Origin: an uncultured Pseudobdellovibrionaceae bacterium
GTDB taxonomy: Bacteria > Bdellovibrionota > FAC87 > UBA2466
DNA: 64,000 bases
Direction of reading: 5' to 3'
Assembly: GCA_964604555.1 (NCBI GenBank)
Contig: CAZRZK010000009.1
Span: 11,261-75,260 of the forward strand
Numbering within the stretch: position 1 is the first letter of the stretch; every line of letters begins with the position of its first letter. Made by a program: the position numbers and the translations under genes. A model generated the notes under the pieces. It saw nothing but the letters and a program-made list of their open reading frames with translations, was not told the DNA's origin and ran no database searches. Shown in pieces: positions 47,300 to 58,039 of this stretch.

Positions 47300-47773
47300 C
47301 TATTTTTGAATAAACGGTTCAATCGCATCAGCGAGGTAATCCATGATGCTCCTCATGGAGAGGACCCGTTCGGCATTGGAATAGCTATCGGTTACCACTA
47401 AATGACGGAACTGCCCTTTGCGCATCGCCAAGAGGGCTTGCCCCATCGTTTCCTGCCGTTGCATAGTCTTGGGGTTGGGGGTCATGAAGCTGGAAACTTT
47501 CTGCCCTTGAACATCCTTCAGGGAGAGGTTTTTAAAGGCAATCTTCTTGAGATAATCCCGCTCCGTAATAATTCCTATCGGCTTGCCCCCCTCGGCTATG
47601 AGAACACTCCCCACATTGGCCGATTGGAAGATGGCCATCACCTTTTCGATAGGGGTGTCAGGAGCACATTTCTGGAGGGTGCCAGAGTTTGGCAGGTCTC
47701 CAATCGGACGATCCAGCACTTCCCTGAGCATCAGTTTCATATCGGGGTTAATCTTAAGTGCAGCGTTAGCCAT
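47300..47773 (-). CDS. CBS-domain pair protein
   Basis: Two CBS motifs (VGSVLIAEGGKPIGIITERD; FRHLVVTDS). Confidence 0.65.
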   Translation of the reverse strand: MANAALKINPDMKLMLREVLDRPIGDLPNSGTLQKCAPDTPIEKVMAIFQSANVGSVLIAEGGKPIGIITERDYLKKIAFKNLSLKDVQGQKVSSFMTPNPKTMQRQETMGQALLAMRKGQFRHLVVTDSYSNAERVLSMRSIMDYLADAIEPFIQK

Positions 47774-47832
47774 AAATATATTTTAGCATGAATTGAATTG
47801 ATGCTATGTGTTGGTTTTGGTAAAAACACGTC

Positions 47833-49257
47833 GTGTATTCCATATTAGTCGTAGATGATGAGGTTGAGCTTCGCCGCCAAATTATGGCAATCCTTAAGGA
47901 AAAGGGATACCAGGTGGATGAAGCGGCCGATGGGATGGAGGCTCTCAAGAAGCTTGCCCAGAAACCCTACCCCTTGATTTTATGTGACGTCATGATGCCC
48001 AACCTGGATGGGCTGGAGCTGCTCAAACAGGTCCAGGGACAGGAATACCAAACAGCCATTGTATTGCTTACCGCCCATGGAAATATTCGGGACGCTATCT
48101 CCGCCATTCGGGAAGGGGCCTTCGACTACATCGAAAAACCAATTACCGAAGCCGCTATCCTAAACATCGTGGAAAAGGCTGAGAATGCTTATCAGATGAT
48201 CCATCGGATCGCCTATTCAGCCCCCCTCCTCCCAGGTGAAGGACGGGAATGTGTCGGTTCAAGCCGGAGCATGAAGCGGGTTTTCCAATTGGTCGATCGG
48301 TTGATCAAGGTCAACACCTCAGTTTTGATTCGCGGAGAGAATGGAACGGGAAAAGAGCTGGTGGCCCGTGCGATCCACTATAATAGTCCTCGAAAGAATG
48401 GCCCCTTCGTAGCCGTGAACTGCGCTGCCATTCCAGAAAACTTGATTGAGAGCGAACTGTTTGGACATGAAAAAGGTGCTTTTACCGGGGCCACCGAAAG
48501 AAAGATTGGAAAATTCCAATTCGCCGCCCAGGGGACTCTCTTCCTCGATGAAATTGGCGACACCAGTTCCGCAACCCAAGTAAAGTTATTACGGGCCTTG
48601 CAAGAGCACACCTTTACGCCGGTGGGAAGCAATCGCGAAGTAAAAGCCGATGTCCGAATCATTGCCGCCACCAACCAAGATCTGGAAAAACTGATCCGCG
48701 AAGGAAAATTCAGAGAGGATCTCTATTACCGATTGAGTGTCATGCCTCTCTTTTTGCCCCCCTTGCGCGAACGCAAAGAAGACATCCCCTCACTGGTTCA
48801 CCACTTTGTGGAAAAATTCAACCTCGAACACGATCGTAAAATCACAGCAATCGCTCCCGAAGCCTTGGAAGCGCTCCAGGCGTTCCACTGGCCCGGCAAC
48901 ATCCGTGAACTTGAAAATGCGATTGAGCATGCCTTTGTAGTTGAAAATGACGAGGTCATTTCATTTTTCAGCCTTCCTGAATATGTGCGACGGAATGTTC
49001 GCAAACCGGTTCATGTCGGTGCCGAAGCAGAAGAGGGTGGCAACTTACAATGGTTGCCTTATATGGATTGGGAAAAGGGGAAAGAGGCCTTCGAGAAGGA
49101 ATTCATCATCCATGCCCTTAAAACCAATCGTGGACGCATCAATTTAACGGCCGAGCAATCGAACATTCCCAAAAATACATTATTGAGAAAAATTAAGAAA
49201 TATCAAATCAACCCCAAGGAGTATGGGGCGACCGACAGCGAGCTGACAGAGATCTAA
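47833..49257 (+). CDS. Sigma-54-dependent response regulator (NtrC family enhancer-binding protein)
   Basis: Receiver domain (VVDDE...D54 in LCDVMMPNLDG), AAA+ domain with Walker A GENGTGKE and the GAFTGA motif, and a C-terminal Fis-type HTH. Confidence 0.85.
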   Translation: MYSILVVDDEVELRRQIMAILKEKGYQVDEAADGMEALKKLAQKPYPLILCDVMMPNLDGLELLKQVQGQEYQTAIVLLTAHGNIRDAISAIREGAFDYIEKPITEAAILNIVEKAENAYQMIHRIAYSAPLLPGEGRECVGSSRSMKRVFQLVDRLIKVNTSVLIRGENGTGKELVARAIHYNSPRKNGPFVAVNCAAIPENLIESELFGHEKGAFTGATERKIGKFQFAAQGTLFLDEIGDTSSATQVKLLRALQEHTFTPVGSNREVKADVRIIAATNQDLEKLIREGKFREDLYYRLSVMPLFLPPLRERKEDIPSLVHHFVEKFNLEHDRKITAIAPEALEALQAFHWPGNIRELENAIEHAFVVENDEVISFFSLPEYVRRNVRKPVHVGAEAEEGGNLQWLPYMDWEKGKEAFEKEFIIHALKTNRGRINLTAEQSNIPKNTLLRKIKKYQINPKEYGATDSELTEI

Positions 49258-49423
49258 AGCCGCGCTATACTTAAGCTTAAGTGAAACAAGTAGGAAACAG
49301 AAAACCTTCCAAAGGGCTTGAAAGCGCGAGTGATCTTTTTCACACCGTTATCGCTTTGAGGAAGGGTAAACCCTTTATTCCGAAGGGAGTTTACCGATTT
49401 ACAACCTTTGAGGAAGCTCAGAA

Positions 49424-49918
49424 ATGGTCCCTCGAAATGATGACCCGCAAGAGTCCAGGCCACCGACGCTAGAAGACCTAATTCAGCTTTGTCGACGGCT
49501 CAACGAAAAAAATGCCAAATATATTGTTATCGGTGGATGGGCGATGGTGCAACATGGCTTCACGAGAGCTACCGAAGATATCGATCTCTTAGTTGAGACC
49601 TCCCTCGCGAATGAAAAAATTGTGTTAGATACCCTAGCCGAACTTCCTGACGGAGCTTCTAAGGAGCTTAAACCCGGAGAGATTTCCCAGTTCGAAGTGA
49701 TCAAAGTTGCCGATGAAATTGTTATCGATCTCATGAAGGTTGCCTGCAACATCGATTATGCTGCCGCATCGAAATCGATCCAGTGGATCACCCTGGAAGG
49801 AGTAAAGATCCCATTTGCAAATGTGGATCTCATGATCCAACTTAAAGGCAGCGTTCGACCCAAAGATAAAATGGATCTTGAGTTCTTGAAGGGCCTCAAG
49901 CAAAGCGGCCGTGGCTAG
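49424..49918 (+). CDS. Minimal nucleotidyltransferase-fold protein
   Basis: hG[GS]-x12-DxD pattern (IGGWAMVQHGFTRATEDIDLLVE). The small upstream ORF 49281..49472 overlaps it in another frame. Confidence 0.4.
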   Translation: MVPRNDDPQESRPPTLEDLIQLCRRLNEKNAKYIVIGGWAMVQHGFTRATEDIDLLVETSLANEKIVLDTLAELPDGASKELKPGEISQFEVIKVADEIVIDLMKVACNIDYAAASKSIQWITLEGVKIPFANVDLMIQLKGSVRPKDKMDLEFLKGLKQSGRG

Positions 49919-51270
49919 ATTTGTGCGAACTGCGCCGTGAAATGCCTCAGGGCAGGTGGTTCGTAGATGATCTTCAGTCCGCGAATCTGCCCCTTCTCCT
50001 TCATCAACTCCTCGGCACATTCTAGGACATAATCGATATGGCTTTGAGTATAGACGCGTCGAGGAATTGCAAGACGCACCAAATCCATTTTCGGCGGAGG
50101 ATCTTTTTTTCCAAACATCACGGTTCCAATTTCACAACCGCGTATTCCTCCAATTTCATAAAGGGCACAGGCCAAAGCTTGGCCCGGTAACTGTTCCCGT
50201 TTGAGATGAGCAAGAGTCGGACCGGCATCAATATAGATCGCATGCCCTCCTGGCGGCTCAATAATCGGAATGCCCCGTTCTAAAAGACCTTTTCCAAGAT
50301 AGGCGGTCGAGGCGATCCGATATTTAAGATATTCTTCATCCACCACCTCTTTCAATCCTACAGCCATGGCATCAAGATCTCTTCCGGCAAGACCTCCGTA
50401 AGTAGGAAAGCCTTCGGTTAAAATCAAAAGCCCCCGCAAACTTTGATCCAGTTTTGGGTCCCGCATTCCGATCCAGCCGCCAATATTGACGAGGGCATCT
50501 TTCTTAGCGCTCATCGTGCAACCATCGGCGTAGGAAAAAATCTCCTGGGCTATCTTCTCGGGAGTGTGGTTTTCATACCCCTTTTCCCTTAGCTTGATGA
50601 AATAAGCATTCTCCGCAAAACGACAAGCATCGATGAAAAAGGGAATGCCATATTTTTTACATAGCTGCGAAGTCTCGCGGATATTTTGCATCGAGACCGG
50701 TTGCCCGCCGACCGAATTATTGGTGATGGTGATCATGCAAAGCGGGATTTTTTCCTTTGGATGTGTTCGGAAAAGCTCTTCTAGACGATTGAGATCCATG
50801 TTCCCTTTAAAGGGATGGTGAGACTTCGCATCCTGCCCCTCTTCGATCAACAGATCCACCCCGACTCCCCCGACTGCCTCCAAATTGGCGCGAGTGGTAT
50901 CGAAATGGGAGTTATTGGGAATAATATCTCCTTTTTTAACGAGGGTAGTGAACAGGATCTTTTCGGCCGCCCGCCCCTGATGCACCGGAAGAATATGTTG
51001 AAAACCGGTAATGTGCTTTACTGCCTCATCGAACCGGAACCAGCTTTTAGCACCGGCATAGGATTCATCCCCGATCATCAAGGCTCCCCATTGATCGGCA
51101 CTCATCGCGCTCGTGCCACTATCGGTGAGGAGATCGATCATCACATCTTCGGCAGGGATCGAAAAAAGGTTGTATCCCACATTCTCCAAGGCACGTTTGC
51201 GATAGGCACGGTCGGTGATTTTTATGGGTTCTAGACTCTTAATTCGAAAGGGTTCGATGATGGTTTTCAC
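49915..51270 (-). CDS. Tyrosine phenol-lyase / tryptophanase family beta-eliminating lyase (PLP-dependent)
   Basis: Full-length match. EPFRIKS, FSYADGCTMSAKKDALVNIGG (PLP-Lys region) and VRLAIPRRVYT are closest to Tpl-type sequences. Confidence 0.8.
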   Translation of the reverse strand: MKTIIEPFRIKSLEPIKITDRAYRKRALENVGYNLFSIPAEDVMIDLLTDSGTSAMSADQWGALMIGDESYAGAKSWFRFDEAVKHITGFQHILPVHQGRAAEKILFTTLVKKGDIIPNNSHFDTTRANLEAVGGVGVDLLIEEGQDAKSHHPFKGNMDLNRLEELFRTHPKEKIPLCMITITNNSVGGQPVSMQNIRETSQLCKKYGIPFFIDACRFAENAYFIKLREKGYENHTPEKIAQEIFSYADGCTMSAKKDALVNIGGWIGMRDPKLDQSLRGLLILTEGFPTYGGLAGRDLDAMAVGLKEVVDEEYLKYRIASTAYLGKGLLERGIPIIEPPGGHAIYIDAGPTLAHLKREQLPGQALACALYEIGGIRGCEIGTVMFGKKDPPPKMDLVRLAIPRRVYTQSHIDYVLECAEELMKEKGQIRGLKIIYEPPALRHFTAQFAQI

Positions 51271-51419
51271 AGCTGGTATTTTGGACGATATGGGCTGTCA
51301 GTCAATCAAGAACTGAACTAGACCTTACACTGAGCAATGCGTCACTAACCAACAAAATTGACCCTGCGAATGGTTCATAATATTTAACTACTGACTCATA
51401 CATGGGGGGATAAACTTCA

Positions 51420-52652
51420 ATGAAAACCTTTTTTCTATCGGCCATTCTTTCAGCTAGTCTCTTATCTTCGGCCGGATCTGCATCCAAACTCGATTTAGAT
51501 TTCGGTCAGAAAGGAAAATTAGAAGTCCAATTCTATCCTGACTGGAAAAAAATCGCACCAACAACGACACGAATTTCGGCCAATCGTTCAGAAGATGCCT
51601 TTTTTGTCGTCGGAACAACCTTTCAAGAATCGACCACCGAGAAAGGGAAATATGGAGCGGCAAAATACAGCTCATCCGGCCAACAACTCTCCTCTTTCTC
51701 CCTGGATCCAAGATTGATTCGCCCGACGGTTCCTGTCGGCATCTGGACCCATCATTTCCCACTCCTTGAACGCAGCGACCGACGCCTCTATTTTATGGAT
51801 GAAGAGTGCAACTTAGAGGACGGGAAATGCCATTATGATGACACCTCAGAACGTCGCTTGCGGATCTGTTTATTAAACGAAAATGGGACACAAAATGCAT
51901 TTGGGTGTATGTCCTATCCTGGGCTGAATTATCACGACCGTCTGGCATCGATACACCTCGATGCGCAGGATCGCCTGATTCTTTTCCAAGATGGAAAACT
52001 TTCCCGGCTCACTTCGGCAGGATTACCCGATCTGACCTTTGGAACCGATGGAAGCATCGAACTGACCGTTAAAAACATGTATGCCACTTCACGACTCATA
52101 TCGGTTCAAGGAAATGATATTTATGTCATGGGAGCCTTAGATCATAATGGAAGTTTCGCAACCGAGCTCGGCATTGAAAAAATTATCGATAATGGAATCC
52201 ACGATTCCAGTTTCGGAGAAAAGGGAATCGCGAGCTATAGAAGCCAAAATGAATCGCTTAACCCCACGGGACTTCATATTGGCAATAATGGAAATTGCTT
52301 CCTTTCTTTTATTGAGCTGGGCCCTCAAGGAACCCATACCATGATCGCCTTCAATTCGAAAGGAAAGTTGATTCCAAAGTTGAAGCACAGCGCCGCTTTA
52401 TCGAATGTAAATGCCAGTTGGGGACCCATATTCGATTTTGCTGATAAAGGGGTCCTTTTCGCGGGGCTTACAAAAAAGAGTCTGGAAAGTGATGATATTT
52501 ACTACTTTTCAGTTCTCTTAGATGAAAATGGGAAGGTAGTGGGGGACTTCTCTGAGCAAGCCATCCCCACCCTTAAATTGGGGAATTCATTCCTCCATGA
52601 AAATTTAGGGTGGTTAGATACCTTTTTAACTTTACAAAAATTTGATCTCTAA
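51420..52652 (+). CDS. Secreted delta-60-repeat protein (paralogue family of the 38059..39591 gene)
   Basis: Signal peptide and repeated D(L/S)(T/S)FG..G units (KLDLDFGQKGKL, PDLTFGTDGSI, HDSSFGEKGIA). Confidence 0.5.
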   Translation: MKTFFLSAILSASLLSSAGSASKLDLDFGQKGKLEVQFYPDWKKIAPTTTRISANRSEDAFFVVGTTFQESTTEKGKYGAAKYSSSGQQLSSFSLDPRLIRPTVPVGIWTHHFPLLERSDRRLYFMDEECNLEDGKCHYDDTSERRLRICLLNENGTQNAFGCMSYPGLNYHDRLASIHLDAQDRLILFQDGKLSRLTSAGLPDLTFGTDGSIELTVKNMYATSRLISVQGNDIYVMGALDHNGSFATELGIEKIIDNGIHDSSFGEKGIASYRSQNESLNPTGLHIGNNGNCFLSFIELGPQGTHTMIAFNSKGKLIPKLKHSAALSNVNASWGPIFDFADKGVLFAGLTKKSLESDDIYYFSVLLDENGKVVGDFSEQAIPTLKLGNSFLHENLGWLDTFLTLQKFDL

Positions 52653-52693
52653 AAGCGTGACCGCCCAGAATTAAGAAGTTGCAAAGATACTGT

Positions 52694-53407
52694 TTAGTCT
52701 TGTTTCACCGGTAGATCGAGCCAAGCACTGGCATTATGATGCAGGAGTTGATCGCGTAGCTGCGGCTTCAATCCCCGCAACGCTTCAATGAGATCTCCAG
52801 GCCCCTCTTCCCCGCCTGGAATGGGCCACTGACTTCCTAACACGACCCGATCGATTCCCAACCGGTCTATGACAAAAAGGAGTGAGAGCGGGTCTTTCAC
52901 GAAACTATCGATCCAAAACTGGGGAAGCGGTTCTTCAATTTCGGTGAGACCTAAAATAGAAGCTAAGACACTACTGCCATGAGCAAATAGGACTCGCAGT
53001 TTGGGGTGGTTCTCAAAATTTTTATTTTCCAACCAGCGGATTGCCGCCATCGCCCCTTCCACGGCCGCTTCGATCTCATCCTCTGCCTCAGGATGGATCA
53101 CAATGGGAAGGTTCACCCCTTCAAGTGCCGATAACAATTCTTCCGAGACTTCATGTTGAGCAGAGAGCTGGATTCCGGGAAGGTTCAGCACTCTTTGAAC
53201 ATGGAGGAGTTCCTTGAGCGCTTCCTTGTTTTCTTTGGGCAGGATACCAAACCCTGGAGATAAAAGTTGCGCCATCGCTTCATTGATTTGCCGGCAATCT
53301 TTTACCTCTCCATGGTGGAGCGTGATCTGCCGGGTGGTATTCGATTCAAAACAGATCGCTTTCTGCTTCTCAGCGTCGGCAAAATGGGTATGACAGTCTA
53401 TTTTCAT
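52694..53407 (-). CDS. Amidohydrolase-2 / TIM-barrel metal-dependent hydrolase family protein
   Basis: N-terminal IDCHTH metal-binding motif and C-terminal GSQWP (GSDyP-like). Confidence 0.5.
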   Translation of the reverse strand: MKIDCHTHFADAEKQKAICFESNTTRQITLHHGEVKDCRQINEAMAQLLSPGFGILPKENKEALKELLHVQRVLNLPGIQLSAQHEVSEELLSALEGVNLPIVIHPEAEDEIEAAVEGAMAAIRWLENKNFENHPKLRVLFAHGSSVLASILGLTEIEEPLPQFWIDSFVKDPLSLLFVIDRLGIDRVVLGSQWPIPGGEEGPGDLIEALRGLKPQLRDQLLHHNASAWLDLPVKQD

Positions 53408-53413
53408 TACTGT

Positions 53414-54940
53414 TTATTCCCACTCAATGGTAGCAGGGGGTTTTGATGAAACATCATAGACGACGCGGTTGATGCCACGGACTTCGTTAATAATGCGGTT
53501 GGAAACACGGGCCAAAAAGTTTTTCTCGAAATCATACCAATCGGCGGTCATGCCATCGCGACTGGTCACCGCTCTCAATGCGATGCAGTTCTCATAGGTA
53601 CGGGCATCTCCCATCACCCCGACCGATTGGATTGGGAGCAGTACGGCAAAGGCCTGCCAGATTTCTCGATAGAGATTCGCCTTTTTCAATTCCTCGACGT
53701 AAATGACATCGGCCGCCCGCAGGAGATCTAAACGCTTCGGAGTAACCTCTCCCAATACCCGGATCAAAAGGCCAGGTCCGGGGAAAGGGTGACGATAGAT
53801 AATCTCTTCGGGAATTCCAAGCGACAGCCCGAGAGCGCGGACCTCATCTTTAAAGAGTTCACGGAAAGGTTCGATGAGCCCCAGCTTCATTCCTTTCGGA
53901 AGTCCGCCAACATTGTGGTGGGTTTTGATCGTATGGCTGGGCCCTTTGACCGAAACGCTCTCGATAACATCAGGATAAAGCGTTCCTTGGGCCAAAAAAT
54001 CGGCCCCTTTTCTTTTTTTACATTCCTTTTCAAAAAGCTCAATAAAAGTGTGGCCGGCCAGTTTCCGTTTTTTTTCAGGATCGATAACGCCTTTTACTTT
54101 TTTCAGAAAAAGATTCTGCCCTTGAACGACATTCAAGTTCACACCCACCTGCTTCAAGAACTCCTTCACCTCTTTGGCCTCATTCTGCCGTAAGAAACCA
54201 TTATCGATCAGGATCGGATGGAACCGTTTCCCTAAAATCTTCCCTAAGAAAACAGCCAGCACGGTAGAGTCGACACCCCCGCTAATACCGCCGATGACCT
54301 GCGCATCGCCCACCTTTTCCAAGATCTCTTTCGATTTGGCCTCGAAAAAGTGCTCCATCTTCCAATCTGATTTCACTTTGGCGATCTCAAAGAGGAAATT
54401 CCCAAGGATCTTTTTTCCCTCTAAAGTGTGGGCGACTTCGGGATGGAATTGCACTCCGTAAAATCGTTTCAATTGAATGGCCGCGACGGGACATCCGGCC
54501 GTCTTTGCCAGGAGAGTTGAACCGGGTGGTGGCGCCTCAACGCTATCACCATGGCTCATCCAGACCTGACTGCGATTTGAAATCCCTTTGAAGAGCGGTG
54601 ATCCATTTAAGAGTTCCAGCTCCGAAAATCCATATTCACGATATTGGCTGCTTTTTAATTTCCCTTTTTTTGCGTGGGAAAGAAGTTGCATTCCATAGCA
54701 GATCCCCAAAATCGGAAGATCAAGATCCAAAACCGCTTGCACCAATTTCGGCGCCCCTTTGTCGGTCACACTCGCAGGACCACCAGAGAAGATTAAACAA
54801 CGGGGGGATTTGGCCTGCATCTCCTTGAGGGAGATCGAAAAGGGTTCGATTTCGCAATAAACTCCGAGCTCGCGAACGGCACGGGCAATGAGTTGGGTAA
54901 ACTGAGAACCAAAATCGAGAATCAGGACCGGTGTTTTCAT
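53414..54940 (-). CDS. guaA: GMP synthase (glutamine-hydrolysing)
   Basis: GATase1 region (ILGICYGMQLL) and ATP-PPase SGGVDS motif. Full length 508 aa, immediately downstream of guaB. Confidence 0.9.
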   Translation of the reverse strand: MKTPVLILDFGSQFTQLIARAVRELGVYCEIEPFSISLKEMQAKSPRCLIFSGGPASVTDKGAPKLVQAVLDLDLPILGICYGMQLLSHAKKGKLKSSQYREYGFSELELLNGSPLFKGISNRSQVWMSHGDSVEAPPPGSTLLAKTAGCPVAAIQLKRFYGVQFHPEVAHTLEGKKILGNFLFEIAKVKSDWKMEHFFEAKSKEILEKVGDAQVIGGISGGVDSTVLAVFLGKILGKRFHPILIDNGFLRQNEAKEVKEFLKQVGVNLNVVQGQNLFLKKVKGVIDPEKKRKLAGHTFIELFEKECKKRKGADFLAQGTLYPDVIESVSVKGPSHTIKTHHNVGGLPKGMKLGLIEPFRELFKDEVRALGLSLGIPEEIIYRHPFPGPGLLIRVLGEVTPKRLDLLRAADVIYVEELKKANLYREIWQAFAVLLPIQSVGVMGDARTYENCIALRAVTSRDGMTADWYDFEKNFLARVSNRIINEVRGINRVVYDVSSKPPATIEWE

Positions 54941-56413
54941 TTAAGTAGTAGGCCGGTAATTAGGGGCTTCTTTCGTCACGAAAACATCATGGACATGCGA
55001 TTCCTTCAGCCCCTGATTGGTAATCCGCACAAAGGTCGCTCCTTCCCGAAGTTGCTTTAAGCTCTTGCAGCCGAGGTATCCTAATCCCGCTCGAACTCCT
55101 CCGACTAATTGAAGGAGTACGTTTTTCAATTCGCCACGGTAAGGGACCATGCCTTCAATGCCTTCCGGCACCAACTCATCGGGATCGACCCCTGATTGGC
55201 CGTAACGATCGCGGCTCCCTTCACGCATTGCTTCGATCGATCCCATCCCACGGTAAGATTTATAGGTGCGGCCTTGATAGAAAACGATGTCTCCGGGGGA
55301 TTCGTCTGTCCCTGCAAAGAGGCTGCCAATCATCACTACATCAGCGCCGGCCGCTAAGGCCTTTACGATATCGCCCGAATATTTAATCCCGCCATCAGCG
55401 ATAAGAGTCTTCTTAAACTTCTTTGCGATAGGAGCGCAGTTTTGAATCGCGGTAAACTGGGGGAGCCCTACTCCCGCCACAATGCGGGTGGTGCAGATCG
55501 ATCCCGACCCCATTCCCACCTTAATCGCATCGGCCCCCGCTTCATAAAGATGAGTCGCTCCTTCAGCCGTTGCCACATTACCTGCAATCAAAGTGACATC
55601 AGAATATTTACTCCGAATCCACCGGACCACATCGAGAACATTTTTAGAATCACCGTGGGCCGTATCCACGACAATAAAATCGACATTGGCATCGATCAGC
55701 GCTTCGGCGCGCATCTGAGCATCTTTTCCAGTTCCTACCGCTGCTCCGACTCGCAATCTTCCTTTAGAATCGCGATTGGCCAGTGGATAGTTGATGCTCT
55801 TCTCCATGTCCTTAATGGTAATCAAGCCTTTAAGGAGTTTTCCTCCATCCACAATCGGCAATTTTTCGATCCGGTGCTTTTGCATCAGCCGCTTCGCCTC
55901 TTCCATCGAAACATCGACCGAACCGGTTACCAGCTTTTCAATGGGGGTCATCACTTCCGAAATAGGCCGGGAGAGATTCTCCTCAAATCGCAGATCCCGA
56001 TTAGTGGCTATCCCAACCAATCTTCCTTCCCTAATAATGGGCAATCCCGAAATTCCATATTTTTTCTTGAGGGCTAAGGCATCCCCAACTGTTTGTTCTG
56101 GTCCTAGGGTTACCGGCTCCAGAATCATGCCACTTTCACTCTTTTTAACCTTTTCCACCTCTAGCGCCTGCCGCTCAATCGGAAGGTTACGGTGGATCAC
56201 CCCCGCCCCTCCAGCCCGGGCCATCGCGATAGCCGTTGAGGACTCGGTCACCTTGTCCATCGCGGCGGAAATAATGGGAATCTTTACCGGAATCGTTGGG
56301 GTTAAAAGGGAATCCAGTATCACTTCAGGAGGGGTTACCTCAGAATATTTGGGGACGAGTGATACGTCATCGAAGGTTAGAGCGTCTTGTAAAAGGTCAG
56401 TTGTTTGGGCCAT
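54941..56413 (-). CDS. guaB: IMP dehydrogenase
   Basis: [17 protein letters not shown] pair and catalytic GSGSICTTR loop. 490 aa. Confidence 0.9.
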   Translation of the reverse strand: MAQTTDLLQDALTFDDVSLVPKYSEVTPPEVILDSLLTPTIPVKIPIISAAMDKVTESSTAIAMARAGGAGVIHRNLPIERQALEVEKVKKSESGMILEPVTLGPEQTVGDALALKKKYGISGLPIIREGRLVGIATNRDLRFEENLSRPISEVMTPIEKLVTGSVDVSMEEAKRLMQKHRIEKLPIVDGGKLLKGLITIKDMEKSINYPLANRDSKGRLRVGAAVGTGKDAQMRAEALIDANVDFIVVDTAHGDSKNVLDVVRWIRSKYSDVTLIAGNVATAEGATHLYEAGADAIKVGMGSGSICTTRIVAGVGLPQFTAIQNCAPIAKKFKKTLIADGGIKYSGDIVKALAAGADVVMIGSLFAGTDESPGDIVFYQGRTYKSYRGMGSIEAMREGSRDRYGQSGVDPDELVPEGIEGMVPYRGELKNVLLQLVGGVRAGLGYLGCKSLKQLREGATFVRITNQGLKESHVHDVFVTKEAPNYRPTT

Positions 56414-56473
56414 TGGGACTTATATTATTTTTTTTAAATAGCGTCAAATATCAGGGCGGGCTATACCCACCCC

Positions 56474-58039
56474 ATGCGGTGGCTATGGCTGTTCCTATTG
56501 ATGCTGCAAGGCTTTTCGGCCTTGGGAAAGATCCGGGTTTTCCTTCCGTTATATCAAGGCAAGAAAGAGGTCCGCTTTATTCAATATGAATGGAGCCATT
56601 TTACCGGGGACCAGACCGTGGACGTCAATTTCTTTCCCCTGGCTTCCGAGCTCGTCCTCAACCATCAAGAGACCATTAGAAGAGTCTATTCTCAATCCTT
56701 AGGAATTGAAGAAAATGAATTTCAAGAATTGATGGCAGAGGAACAAAAACTGGATCCCTTGACCCTCGCGTATATCCAGATCCTCGATCCCTTGACCGGA
56801 AAGATCCTAGGGGCGGCACGCATTATCAGCGCCCGTGGTGAGATCCCCTTTAACCATCCCGATACCAACATGTGCAATATTCGGATCGATCCTAATCGCC
56901 CTCTGCTGGCCATTGAAATGAAAGAGGGCTATGAAAAGGTTGCAAAAACCATCTTAGAAAAATACCCGCGTCGGGTTGAACTGGGTCGCTTTATTGCCAG
57001 TGACAAGCTTTCCTCCCAATCGAAATTAAATGCCGCGCTCGATATCCAACGGATCAGCTTTTACCTCACCGCTTTCCATGGCAAAGAGGTTCGCTTGAAT
57101 AGAGAACTTTACTACTTCCTGAGCACGCTTTGGGGGGAGAAGAAAGGAAACTACAAACTCTATACCAGTTTTGGCTATCCCGATCTGAAAACGAATAAAA
57201 ACTTTCGTGAAGCCTACCCCTTGCCCAAAGATCATAACTTGCTCATGCTCACGGCACGCGAAGCAGACCAGCTCCTTGCCGGTCCAATTCCCTTTATCCG
57301 TTATGGTTTTGTTCATCCCGATCGTTTCTCCCCGGAAGCAGCAAACGAGATGCTTAAAAAACTAGCCGATGCCCATGTCGATCATCCTCAAAAGGAATGG
57401 GTCTGGAATCTCTTTGGTGAACGGCTCTATCTGGAAGTGGCTCTTCGATTCGAAGCCCGCCAGTTCAGAGCAGCATGGGAACATCTGGCTCGTCTGCAAT
57501 TTTTCTACCCCCATGAAAGAGAAGTACTCGAATTAGAGCTCTGGTTGGGAATCTTGCGACATTTCGATCTCTATCAAGGCACCGGAGATTGGAAGAAGGC
57601 CCTTCTATTCCTAGATGATTTCGAGAAAAAATATGGGAAGGACCTTCCCCAATTAATTCACAGGAATAATAGTCAGGAAGGCGACCCCATCAAATACCTG
57701 CGGGCTCTAATTGGACTCCTCGCTGGAGAAGAGGTTCAAGGATATCAACATTATCAATATTTCATGAACCATTATTACGATGCTAACGAAGCTCGGCGTG
57801 CCCCCCACCTCTTTTATTCCCGAGCCATCCTTGAGAGAGCCATTGCAGATTTGAAAGATTATCCATTCAAACCGAATCTCCTTATGAGTGACTACTTTCT
57901 TTATCCCCCGTTTGGATTAACACCCATTTTCCATGAGCAGGTCGAATCCAGTTTCCCCTCTGAGGTGAACAAACGTTGCCGAGAGCTCTTATTAAGGTGG
58001 GAAGAAAAAAGAAAAGCGGCTACCTCAACAGCTCTTTGA
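56474..58039 (+). CDS. Hypothetical secreted protein
   Basis: Signal peptide. 521 aa with helical repeat-like composition and no recognised domain. Confidence 0.4.
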   Translation: MRWLWLFLLMLQGFSALGKIRVFLPLYQGKKEVRFIQYEWSHFTGDQTVDVNFFPLASELVLNHQETIRRVYSQSLGIEENEFQELMAEEQKLDPLTLAYIQILDPLTGKILGAARIISARGEIPFNHPDTNMCNIRIDPNRPLLAIEMKEGYEKVAKTILEKYPRRVELGRFIASDKLSSQSKLNAALDIQRISFYLTAFHGKEVRLNRELYYFLSTLWGEKKGNYKLYTSFGYPDLKTNKNFREAYPLPKDHNLLMLTAREADQLLAGPIPFIRYGFVHPDRFSPEAANEMLKKLADAHVDHPQKEWVWNLFGERLYLEVALRFEARQFRAAWEHLARLQFFYPHEREVLELELWLGILRHFDLYQGTGDWKKALLFLDDFEKKYGKDLPQLIHRNNSQEGDPIKYLRALIGLLAGEEVQGYQHYQYFMNHYYDANEARRAPHLFYSRAILERAIADLKDYPFKPNLLMSDYFLYPPFGLTPIFHEQVESSFPSEVNKRCRELLLRWEEKRKAATSTAL

